Below are positions 1-10,300 of a stretch of 33,145 nucleotides of DNA, in pieces. This stretch comes from a virus. Taxonomy: Duplodnaviria; Caudoviricetes. Both the position numbers and the translations under genes were made by a program. Position 1 is the stretch's first letter, and each line of letters starts with the position of its first letter. The stretch is taken from positions 1 through 33,145 of the IMG/VR virus record IMGVR_UViG_3300034190_001439; one strand, given 5' to 3'. The notes below the pieces were generated by a model. That model saw only the letters and a program-made list of their open reading frames with translations. It searched no databases and had not been told where the DNA came from.

Positions 1-870
1 GGTGTAGACAGTGAAATAGATATTTGTACTATGACATTTAGTATTCCTATCTATATCAGTCCACCTACTAAAGTACGCAAAATGGGAGTAATTACTAATA
101 TTATTACAAGCATGTTTGACGAAACATTAGGCGATATCGAAAGTGGAGTTAGTGCTCCTATATTAAACGCATACGACGACGTACCACGTGCTGGCATTAC
201 TGAAAACAAATTTGGTAGAAAAGCACAATCTGAAACAGCATTAGAAATGGCAAATGTAAACTATAATACATACGGCGCATTTGTAAGTGGCAACAATGCG
301 CAATTATTTTCCAATGGTATTGTTGGTAATAAAAATTGGAGAGAAATATTTGAAGCACTTCCTGGAACATATGCAGCAGATGTAAGTCGTATTTTCTTTA
401 CAAGCCAAGATAATTCTAAAACAGTTACTGGTACATTTACTCTAAGTCCGTTTGACGAAACTAAAATATTAATCAATTGGGATACAGACAGCTTTCCAAG
501 TGATACTGTAATTGCTGGGCGCACAAGTATAGATTATATCATCGACCCTACTAATTATAATCCTACTCCAATTAAAACAGCTGGAGTCAGGTTATTACTA
601 TTAGACGATGTCGGTAATGCAGATGCTACAGAATCTCCTGTAGCGTGGCAGAATACTGATCTTAGTGCAACAGTTGCAAGTGCAAACGATATTATCGAAT
701 GGAATGGATCTAGATGGAATACTGTATTCGATGCTAGTGCTGCAACAGAAGTTACTTATACTACAAATTTAAATACTAGTGTGCAATACCGTTTTAACAA
801 CGACGAGTGGCTATTAAGTATCGATGGCGATTACCCAGTTGGCACATGGAGAGTTGAACTAGCAGGCTAA
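1..870 (+). CDS. 5'-truncated probable tail completion / sheath stabiliser protein (T4 gp15-like) with C-terminal extension
   Basis: Frame is open from base 1 (GVDSEIDICT-MTFSIPIYISPPTKVRKMGVITNII), so the true start is upstream of the window. This segment resembles the end of the gp15-like domain of large aquatic myophages (recognised from memory, not searched). Confidence 0.55.
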   Translation, partial: GVDSEIDICTMTFSIPIYISPPTKVRKMGVITNIITSMFDETLGDIESGVSAPILNAYDDVPRAGITENKFGRKAQSETALEMANVNYNTYGAFVSGNNAQLFSNGIVGNKNWREIFEALPGTYAADVSRIFFTSQDNSKTVTGTFTLSPFDETKILINWDTDSFPSDTVIAGRTSIDYIIDPTNYNPTPIKTAGVRLLLLDDVGNADATESPVAWQNTDLSATVASANDIIEWNGSRWNTVFDASAATEVTYTTNLNTSVQYRFNNDEWLLSIDGDYPVGTWRVELAG

Positions 871-878
871 TTATATGT

Positions 879-1319
879 ATGAACGATATGATTACTTGCA
901 GTGGCGCACTGTTTTACACCTTAGACACAAATAGATTTTTATTTCTCCACAGAGCCCAAGGTAAGCGTAAAGACCTATGGGGATTAGTTGGCGGCACTAA
1001 TGAAGGTTTGGAAACTCCTTTTGAAGGACTAAAAAGAGAAATCGAAGAAGAAATTGGGTTTTTACCTGATATTAAAAAAACACTTCCTTTGGAAAGTTTT
1101 ATTTCACCTGACAGTAGGTTTTATTTTCATACATATCTTTGTGTTATTCAAGAAGAATTTATTCCTAAACTTAATAATGAACACGATGGATATGCTTGGT
1201 GCAGTTTTACTAAGTGGCCAAAACCGTTGCACCACGGCTTGCGCAACACACTTCAAAGTAAAATTAATCTTACTAAGCTAGATACTGTATTTCAAACTAT
1301 AAATCTTCTTGACAAATAA
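879..1319 (+). CDS. NUDIX hydrolase
   Basis: Complete Nudix box GX5EX7REUXEEXG: G-TNEGL-E-TPFEGLK-REIEEEIG, preceded by WGLVG; downstream LNNEHDGYAW motif. Confidence 0.92.
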   Translation: MNDMITCSGALFYTLDTNRFLFLHRAQGKRKDLWGLVGGTNEGLETPFEGLKREIEEEIGFLPDIKKTLPLESFISPDSRFYFHTYLCVIQEEFIPKLNNEHDGYAWCSFTKWPKPLHHGLRNTLQSKINLTKLDTVFQTINLLDK

Positions 1320-1337
1320 CTCAAAAGAAAGTATAAT
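1309..1337 (+). promoter_or_regulatory. Consensus sigma70 (early-type) promoter for the heptose operon
   Basis: TTGACA (1309-1314), 17-nt spacer, TATAAT (1332-1337): a perfect match to consensus. The hldE ATG is at 1344. Confidence 0.9.
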
Positions 1338-1343
1338 AGCGTT

Positions 1344-2483
1344 ATGAAAGTATTAATTATTGGTGACATAATTATTGACAGATATATCTATGGAACAAGC
1401 ACACGTTTAAGTCCAGAGGCACCCGTACCAGTTGTTATACAAGAACGTATTGTAGAAACTGTAGGCGGTGCAGGGCTTGTTTACGAAAATTTAAAAAGTT
1501 TAGGTGTAGACGTTAGTCTATACGAATCTGATCAGCCTGCAAGTATAAAAACACGAGTCATGTGTGACGGACATTATGTTACACGCATCGACAACGATTA
1601 CATTGCAGACGGTTATGACGTTTTAGAAGAACTACAAGAATTTCCATTTAACAAATACGACTATGTAATACTAAGTGATTATAATAAAGGCGTATTAGAG
1701 TTTAGTGAACAAATCATACAATTAGCAAACAAAGCAGGTTGTCGTGTTATTGTAGATCCAAAGAAATCAGCAGAACACTATAAAGGTGCTTGGCTTGTAA
1801 AACCTAACTATAAAGAGTTTGGAGATTTCGGATTTACAGATTGGAAAGGTAATATCATTACTACTGCCGCAGGCGATAATGTTGTTGCACTTATAGACAG
1901 CAAAGTGTACGACATTCCTGTAGAGCGTGTAGAAGTATCAGATGTTACCGGAGCAGGAGACTGTTTCCTAGCAGCATTTGTGTATGCACTTACCAAAGGT
2001 TATGATTATAAACATTGTATCGAACTTGCTGTTAAGGGATCTACTAAAGCAGTTACGCACATAGGCACATATACGCTTGCTGTAAGCGATTTAGAAGATC
2101 GTATAGTGTTTACTAACGGAGTGTTTGATATACTGCACAAGGGTCATTTTGAGCTCTTAGCAGAAGCAAAAACACTTGGTGAGAAACTAATTGTAGGCAT
2201 TAATAGTGATGCAAGTGTCAAACGTCTTAAAGGCGAAACACGTCCAATCAACAATCAAATGAAGCGCATTACTCAATTAGAAATATTACCGTGGGTAGAT
2301 CAAGTAGTTGTATTTGATGAAGATACTCCATACGAATTAATTAAAAAATTAAAGCCGCATTTAATTGTAAAAGGCGGTGATTACACAGTAGAAACAGTTG
2401 TTGGACACGATTTAGCAGATGTGCATTTAGTACCTACAGTCGAAGGCTATTCAACAACAAGTATTATAGAGGCAAGTAAATGA
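1344..2483 (+). CDS. hldE: Bifunctional D-beta-D-heptose 7-phosphate kinase / heptose 1-phosphate adenylyltransferase (RfaE/HldE)
   Basis: PfkB-type kinase part: IGDIIIDRYIYG..RLSPEAPVPV, LSDYNKG, VDPK, KPN, DVTGAGD. Nucleotidyltransferase part: FTNGVFDILHKGH, VGINSDASVKRLKGETRPIN, VKGGDY, SST-like YSTT end. Confidence 0.95.
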   Translation: MKVLIIGDIIIDRYIYGTSTRLSPEAPVPVVIQERIVETVGGAGLVYENLKSLGVDVSLYESDQPASIKTRVMCDGHYVTRIDNDYIADGYDVLEELQEFPFNKYDYVILSDYNKGVLEFSEQIIQLANKAGCRVIVDPKKSAEHYKGAWLVKPNYKEFGDFGFTDWKGNIITTAAGDNVVALIDSKVYDIPVERVEVSDVTGAGDCFLAAFVYALTKGYDYKHCIELAVKGSTKAVTHIGTYTLAVSDLEDRIVFTNGVFDILHKGHFELLAEAKTLGEKLIVGINSDASVKRLKGETRPINNQMKRITQLEILPWVDQVVVFDEDTPYELIKKLKPHLIVKGGDYTVETVVGHDLADVHLVPTVEGYSTTSIIEASK

Positions 2484-3304
2484 AAATATTAGTTACGGGT
2501 CATGAAGGCTTTATTGGTAAAAATGTTGCACACTATTTACAATCACAAGGACATGAAGTAGAAGGATGGGAATGGCAACCTGGTATACTTCCTAGTACAG
2601 AAGACTATGACTGGTGCATACATTTAGGTGCTATTAGTAGCACAACATACACAGATGTAAATCAAATACTAGAACAGAACTTTGAGTTTAGTGTAAGGCT
2701 TGCACAAATATGCGAAAACTTTGGCACTAACTTTCAATATGCATCTAGTGCAAGTGTTTACGGACCTACTGAACATTTTACAGAAACAGGACCATTACTT
2801 CCGCAAAGCCCATATGCATGGAGCAAGTATTTGTTTGATAGATTTATTAATCAATACATAGACGAATTTCAAATTAAAATTCAAGGCTTCCGTTACTTTA
2901 ATGTATACGGCGAAGGTGAAGAACACAAAGGCGATCAGGCAAGTCCTGTAAGTAAATTTACACGTCAAGCAAAAGATAACGGGCAAGTGACACTTTTTGA
3001 AAATAGTGAAACTTACCTAAGAGACTTTGTTTGTGTAGATGATATTTGTCGTGTGCATGAAAAAATGTTCGACGTAGATCAATCAGGTATTTTTAACATA
3101 GGTACTGGTGTTCCGGTAAGTTTCGACACTGTTGGTAAAACTATTGCGAAAAAATACAGTGCAGACATTAAGTATATACCGATGCCAGAGAACATCAAAT
3201 CACAATACCAAAAGTATACCTGTGCAGATTTAACTAATTTAAATAGTGTAATAGATATGCAATGGACTAACATAGAGGATTATATAAATGCAAGAACCAA
3301 CTAG
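2480..3304 (+). CDS. hldD: ADP-L-glycero-D-manno-heptose 6-epimerase (RfaD/HldD)
   Basis: Extended SDR: VTGHEGFIG, HLGAISSTT, YASSASVYG, YAWSK (YxxxK), GFRYFNVYG.GEEHKG.QAS, RDFV.VDD, YQKYTCADLT. ATGA overlap with hldE. Confidence 0.93.
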   Translation: MKILVTGHEGFIGKNVAHYLQSQGHEVEGWEWQPGILPSTEDYDWCIHLGAISSTTYTDVNQILEQNFEFSVRLAQICENFGTNFQYASSASVYGPTEHFTETGPLLPQSPYAWSKYLFDRFINQYIDEFQIKIQGFRYFNVYGEGEEHKGDQASPVSKFTRQAKDNGQVTLFENSETYLRDFVCVDDICRVHEKMFDVDQSGIFNIGTGVPVSFDTVGKTIAKKYSADIKYIPMPENIKSQYQKYTCADLTNLNSVIDMQWTNIEDYINARTN

Positions 3305-3704
3305 ATTAAGCGGCGTTGTTCCTAAAGGATGGGGCTACGAATTAATTTGGGCTACTAATGACAAGTACTGTGGCAAAATTATGTTCTTTGAAAAAGCAAA
3401 TGCAAAGTTTAGTATGCATTTTCACAGAGAAAAAGACGAGACTTGGTTTGTAAACAGTGGCCAGTTTAAAGTGCGATGGATTGATACAAAAACTGCTGTT
3501 CTTTATGAAAAAAATCTAAAAGAAGGTGATGTATGGCACAATCCGCCGTTACAGCCGCATCAATTGATTTGTCTACAAGAGGGTTCAAGTATCACCGAGG
3601 TTAGTACAGCAGACAGTGTAGAAGATAATTATCGTGTTGCACCTGGTGATAGCCAAAAGACTAATGTTGAACCTAACTTAAATCCTGAGGATCAAGATGG
3701 TTGA
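3288..3704 (+). CDS. Cupin-fold protein (sugar isomerase-like)
   Basis: KGWGYELIW..., SMHFHREKDETW (HxHxxKxE metal motif), GDVWHNPPLQPHQL, EVSTADSVEDNYR. Overlaps both hldD and gmhB. Confidence 0.85.
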   Translation: MQEPTRLSGVVPKGWGYELIWATNDKYCGKIMFFEKANAKFSMHFHREKDETWFVNSGQFKVRWIDTKTAVLYEKNLKEGDVWHNPPLQPHQLICLQEGSSITEVSTADSVEDNYRVAPGDSQKTNVEPNLNPEDQDG

Positions 3705-4317
3705 TATTTACTGGGGAGAAGATCCATTATCTTCTCCCGATTATGTTCCAACAAAATGTGTAATTGGATTAGATCGCGACGGGGTTATTAATGTTGATCG
3801 CGGAACATATACTTGGAAGGGTGTCGACTTTGAACCTATTGAAGGTAGCTTAGAGGCAGTTGCACGACTGCGTAAATTAGGATATGGTATTGCTATTGTC
3901 ACTAATCAGGGCGGCATCGAAAAAAAGTTATTTACTGAACAAGACGTTGACACACTTCATATGTACATGTTAGAATTACTAGGGAAAGCAGGATGTCCTA
4001 GTATTGATGCTATCTATTATAGTGCAAGCAGTCGAAAAGATGATATGTATGCAAAACCTAACACTGGAATGTTTAAACGTTGCGAAAAAGAAAACAAACA
4101 CAAGAATATTAAGTTTAATCGCGGCTATTATGTAGGCGATAAAATGAGTGACTTAAAAGCAGCACATAAGATAGGTGCAAAACCTGTTCTAGTACGTACT
4201 GGTTACGGTTTAGAAACTGAACTAGAATTAAAGAAATTTACCTACCGTGATATAAGAAAAAAGACCATCGTGTTTGATGATCTTAGTTCTTTTGCAGATT
4301 GGATAGAAGCGCATTAA
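3697..4317 (+). CDS. gmhB: D-glycero-D-manno-heptose 1,7-bisphosphate phosphatase (HAD IIIA)
   Basis: LDRDGVIN (DxD), VTNQGGI, KPNTGM, YVGDKMSDLKAA, LVRTGYG motifs; operon context with hldE/hldD. Confidence 0.92.
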   Translation: MVDIYWGEDPLSSPDYVPTKCVIGLDRDGVINVDRGTYTWKGVDFEPIEGSLEAVARLRKLGYGIAIVTNQGGIEKKLFTEQDVDTLHMYMLELLGKAGCPSIDAIYYSASSRKDDMYAKPNTGMFKRCEKENKHKNIKFNRGYYVGDKMSDLKAAHKIGAKPVLVRTGYGLETELELKKFTYRDIRKKTIVFDDLSSFADWIEAH

Positions 4318-7300
4318 GCCTGCGCTTCGCCCCATTTCAGAATGATGTTAGCTGCAACTTCGGTGCCAGAAATCTTATAAACGTTAATTGCTAATACATC
4401 AGGTCCATTTGGATATGTTCCTCTACCGCCTAGTGGCGTGTTAGTAAGTTCTTTCAATTGTGATAAATCTAGTGTAGAACGTTCGCCCGGATTAGCAATG
4501 AATGAGAATACTGTTTCACCTGGTTGCGCAAACGGTGGATTACCAAAAAGGAATGTAACTGAGTCAGATGTAGTTAATTCATTAATAGATGTCTGACTAA
4601 ATGTTACTTCGTAAAATTCAGTTGCACCTAACGTTTTTAAGACTACACTACTTACCGCAGTACCAGCTGGCCAATTAGTATCACTTGTTGCAACAGAAGT
4701 ACCTTCAACAGCACCGCTAGCGTCCCATGCTGCTTTAGCAAAAATTAATTTGTTTGTAAGTCCAGTATAAGAAGGCTGTTTAAAGTATATACCAGGAGTA
4801 CCAGTAAAGTTTTGAGCTCTTCGTGTTCTACCAGTAGTACTTCTAAAATCTATAAGAGTTTCATTACCACTTGTTCTAATATTAGTTATTAAGTATGTGC
4901 CTTGGCTACCGCCACTGTATGCATTACCATTTGCTTCGTAAATTTCAGCACCAGTAAACGCTGGACCAACTCCATTATATACACTAGTAAGAAGTTCAAT
5001 TGGTGAGTTATTTTCGTTTGCTCCAAAGACCAACGGAGTGTATGTTGAGGTTTGTATGTCTGCACTAATAGCAACAGATGCAGTAGTTTCAATTGCACCA
5101 CCATTCCAGTCAATAGCACCGCCTGGAGCAATTTGAGCAAAACTAGGCTGGCCACCTTGTGCTGCACCACTTAGGTTTGACCAAGAAACTGATCCAGGAT
5201 CTAATGGATAGTTTTGTGGATTTAGCACGCCTTGTACAACCAAACCGCCTGTACTTGTATCTGAAGTAATCTCAAGTCCTTGCAGTAGTAGCTGCGCACG
5301 GTTTAGTAGTTCTCGCTCACCTAAGTCGCCTGTTAGTGCATTACTAACACTAGGTGAAAGTCTAATCATAAAAGCTGTGTTTTTAGTAGTACTAACAGGA
5401 ACACCTGTCGCAGCGTATGAGAAAATATATCCTCGGTCTTCGTCAAAGGCGCCGTCTGTAATAAACGCACTACCCCAGTGACTAATCAACGGTGTAATTG
5501 TCTGAGATATTAATATTACCCCTGTTCTATCATTATGAATTTCAGGCGAGCCTGCTGAATAACTTCTGTCTGCACCAGCTTGGAAATTATTATATGTTGA
5601 CCCTCTTTGTAAACCAGTTAGTGTATTTCCTGTTCTACCTGTATAATTAATAATCTCGTTATCAATATAAATTGTACCACTTGTTGGGAAGAAACTGCCG
5701 TCTATCAACTCTAGAGTTGTTTGACTTGCGTCCATTGCTGCTGCAAGTTTACCGGGAGGGCCTTCGTTAGTGACTTCATAACGTACAGGCAAGTTACCTG
5801 AACGCATAAACGCTTCTGTGTTTACGTTTGAATTACGCATTCTATGTGCAAATACAAAGTTACCATCTGAGCCACGCAGCATAAAGTCAATAAAGCCAGC
5901 ACCATACCAACTGTACTGAATACCGATCATTTGCATTTTAGCAATATCAATATCGTAACCACTTGGCCCGGTTCCGTCTAGTCTATCTAAGTTAAAGTCT
6001 GCTTGTTTTGTTTTCTTATCTACAATTAAGTTAGCCTTAGCGCCCTGAATATCTACTACGCCGCGCCAGTCTGGTGTAATAGTACATTCAGTTTGACTAT
6101 TAACGTGACTTACAACATGTGTCATACCTTTGATAATAATTCTATCTCCAGCTTTTAATTGATCTAAAAATCTAGTATTTGTACCAGTAACTAAATTGTT
6201 ATCTACTTTTAATTCTATTGCGCCTGCAAGTTGTCTAGTGCCAGTACGCTGTACTACGCTAATTTGTGTTCCGTCAAACTCCCAAAAAATACCATTTTGA
6301 TCGTCAAAGATTCCTGAACGTACTGTTGCGCCGTGCCATGCAACAACACTCATTTGTGAGCCAAATCCTAGGATTGCTTCTGTTGCTCCGAGTCTACGTT
6401 GTGCTCTTATTTTGTATGTACGCTCATCAACTACGTCAACAACTTCATAATCAAATGTAGGAGGTACAGCAGTTTCAGGTCCGCTATTATATCCAGGAGT
6501 CTCAACACCTAATATTCTAACAATTCCGCCTACTTGTACACCGTGGTCGTTATCATCAGTTACAACAGTAATTAAACTTCCTACTTCAACGCCGTCTGCT
6601 GTTAAACTACGCAAGTCGTAGCTTGGTGCAAATAGAGCACCAGTGGTGTACATAATACCCTTACCTGATTGGTAACGAATATACTTTTTACTTTGACGTA
6701 TTGCTTGCGCACCGTGTTGCGGTCCGCCTGTACCAAGTTGTACGCCACCGTCAAATGGTCTGTGTACAAAGAAGCTATCCGGTCTTGGATAAATGATACC
6801 GTTGATATCAAGGCTATCAATTGATATTGTACCTGCTGCTCTAGCTTGGAATTCTAGTTGATCAACTGCTGGAATATTTGTAGCAATATACGACCCAGCT
6901 GCTAATGCATGATTGTTTATGCCATCATCTGACAGTATGTCAACAATAAATGTATTACCAGGAACTAATCCGTGTGCATTATCAAATGTGATTCCTAAAC
7001 TAGCTAATTGTTCAAAATCCGCTGTTGATCCTGCTGTTATGTCTAGTATAGTCGGCTCTGATAGTCCTACGGTACATAATAAATCAAAATTAACTCCGTA
7101 TGCTGCTTCTTCATAACTAGTAATTACAGATACAATTCCTCCAGTAACCTCGTTAATTGCTGTTACTCGGCCAGTAATATCATTAAATGGACTTATTCCG
7201 TCTAGATTTGTTGCTTCAATTGTAAATCTATTTCCGACCTTATAATTAGTACCTGCGGTGTTTAGAACAATTGTGTCATAATTAGTAAAGTTCCTAACTA

Positions 7301-10300
7301 TATCAAATGTGGCGCCGCTTCCAACAAGAGGTTCTAAAAATCCAGTAATATTAGTATAACTTCCTGCGCCGGCCGAAGCAGTGCCCGTACTTGTTATTGC
7401 AGTAATTACACCAGTACTAATACCGTCAATAGTATCAATTGTAATAGTTAAGTCATTTGCAGGGGATTGTCCAAATAAGCTAGTTCCAGGAATAGTAAAT
7501 GTCTGAGCATCGCCATATAAGGAACCTCCGTCATTGATCGACACAGTGTACACTCCGGCATTAAGATCAACATCAAAAGTTGCACCGGTTCCTGATCTTG
7601 GTGTACTAAAGACTGCTGCTTCGGTGCCACCGTTATATGCAACACCTGATAAAGATACAGTTATGATATCTCCAGTGCCGCCAACATTATCAATTGTAAG
7701 TGTTAAATCATTATCAGGTGTTATGCCGCCAAGATCAGCACCTGATATTAATATAGTTTCCGTTGGCAAGTAATTTACGCCGCCAAAATCTACAACGGCG
7801 CTATATGAACCCGAATCAGAAGTAATATTAAAAATTGCGCCAGTGCCTGAACTAGCAGTAGTAAATGTTACGCTATTATAAGTTTCAATTACATCAGGAG
7901 CAGTACCTTCAAATACTACACTAGTAATAGAGCCTCCATCACCGATTCCTGTGACTGTTATATACAAATCGTTAATCGGTGACCCGCCGCTGTCATACAG
8001 ATCGTCGCCCGGTATAACAATTAAATCGTTTACTTGGTATCCGGAACTTGGATCAGGACTAGTAATATCTACCGTAGAATACACATTATCAACCCATGTA
8101 ATATCAAAAGAAGCACCGGTTCCTTGGCCAAAAGTGTAAGTTCCGCTTACTCCTGTAACAGTTCCAGTACCGTCAAATGCTGTGCCTTCTATCGAAGTTG
8201 ATAGAATTGCACCGTCGGAAAACGTGTCTGTAATTAATATTGTTGCATCGTTTTGAGGAGTTGCTCCGCCAAGATCCGTACCTAATATTTTAATTCTGTC
8301 GCCAATTTCATAACTAGAGCCATCGTCTACAATTAAATCTATAGTGTAACTAGATCCCGAAGCACTTATATTAAATGCTGCATCTTGGCCGGAACTTGTA
8401 TCATTAATTGTAGAAACATTAATATATGATTTTTTATTTGGGATTAAATTTGTAGTAAAAGAATCAGTAAATTCTAAATTATTCCCGTCAATACTAGATA
8501 ATATAGTTGCAAATCCGTCACCACGATCTACTGCTAAATTAGTTACAATACCACTCGAGGTTTCGACTGTTACAGTGCTACTACCACTAGTTACAGTTTC
8601 GACAACAGCAGGCGTAAGATATACGCCGCCGCCTGCCGTAGTGTCTGTTACTGAAGTAATTTGAGTTCCAGTTGATATGCCAGGGTTATTTACTAAAGGA
8701 GCACCAATTGAAGGTGCTGGGCCGTCATACGGTATAACTGTGCTTCCTGATGGTACTGATAGTTCTGCAACTAGTGTTCCTGCACTACCGTTACTATTAA
8801 TAGTAAAGCGAGAATTAGCAATTGATGATCCTGTATAAAATCCTGCTTTTCGAAGTTGTGTGTAAGTAGTTGATAAAATATCACCACTACTCTCGCCAAC
8901 TTTTGATTTTGCATAATATGTAAATGTTGTACTAGTAGGAACTTCTACAACAATAAAACTACCTTCTGCTCTTGCTGCGCCGCTAGTAGTATCTTCAAGA
9001 GCTTTAATAGTAATTGGACTTCCAGCTTCTATTCCGTGAGGCCCTACAGTAGTAACTGTAATTAAGGATTGACCAATTCCATCTGTTCCTGCACTTGCAT
9101 CAGTAACAACACTTAGAACTGGTGTATCTGTTCCTGGTAATTCGTATACACTTGGATAGCCTCGCAAAGTACTAATAGCTGCCCATTTGGTCGGCTGTAG
9201 TCCATATTCAAAGTCAGCATCTAACATAGATTGCGGCGTGGCAATTCTCATACGTTCAATTGCGTCAGTTCCAAAATCATAAGGACGGGTAGTTACAACA
9301 CTTTTTCCGTTTTCTGTAAGCTCTACAAAAATTTGTATATCATCTAGCGCCGAGTGAGATTTAGTATTATAATTTAATTTAATAATTGTAATAGAATCAG
9401 TAGTTTCTAAAAATTTTGCAAAATCAGGGTCTCTAGAAATTTTATCTTTCTTTAATTCTACTTTGCCGCCAGTATCACTACTACTAAAATTATAAATAAT
9501 TTCGTTTTTTGTAGTATTTGTTATTAACAATAACTGGTTTACATTGTAATTTCCCTGGAGTTTAATTGTACTTACGCCCGTGTCAATTTTTGTAGGCAAT
9601 GCATTAAGTCCATTAGTAATAACATCTACTGTATTAAATGCAAGGGTATTAATCTTAGCATTTGGACCGGCAGTTACACTATTTGCTAGTGCGCTTGAAA
9701 ATGTATGCAGAGACGTATCAGAACTTATACCTACATTAGCAGTAATAGTAGTGCTTGTTACAGAAGTAATAGTAATCGGAGTATAATAATACGGATCCTT
9801 GCCTTTATCATTAGGAACACCGCTTGCCCTTGGGTATGGATGATCAGATGCATTGCCATCGAGTGCACAGGTAAAGGTTATTCCGCCTGGAGCAATAAAA
9901 AATTCGTCACCAACTGCAAGACTATGTGTGCCTATAGTTACAGTCATATCTCCTGTTGTAGGAGTATATGTTGCATCCGTTGGAGTAAATTGCTGAGTAG
10001 TTTCACTAGCAGTTCCAGATAATGTTTGTGTCACTTCGGTATTAGATGCACTGTATGCAACCTGGGTAAGAATATTAGTTTTAATTAGATTACCAATAAA
10101 CGTGTGAGTTTGTATTTCTGGCTGACGATCACCGTCAACTTGTGCAACGTCTTGATCCCAATAATATTTTATTGTATCGTAAAGTTTTTCATTACCGCCG
10201 TATCTTAAATCGTTTAAATATGCATCAATTACATAGCCAACATCTCTTTCGCATTTTGCTTGATTGTATGTGTACCCTACAAATCCTGCTGCACCTGCTG

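Noticed and set aside
866-879. GCTAATTA as a late promoter for a leaderless NUDIX mRNA
   Set aside because: The spacing to the ATG is suggestive, but the match to the late consensus is too degenerate in AT-rich DNA to call.
1344-4317. Bacterial chromosomal LPS-core locus or host contamination
   Set aside because: Contiguous with and overlapping phage structural genes, similar composition, compact enzymes, and no other waa/kds genes.
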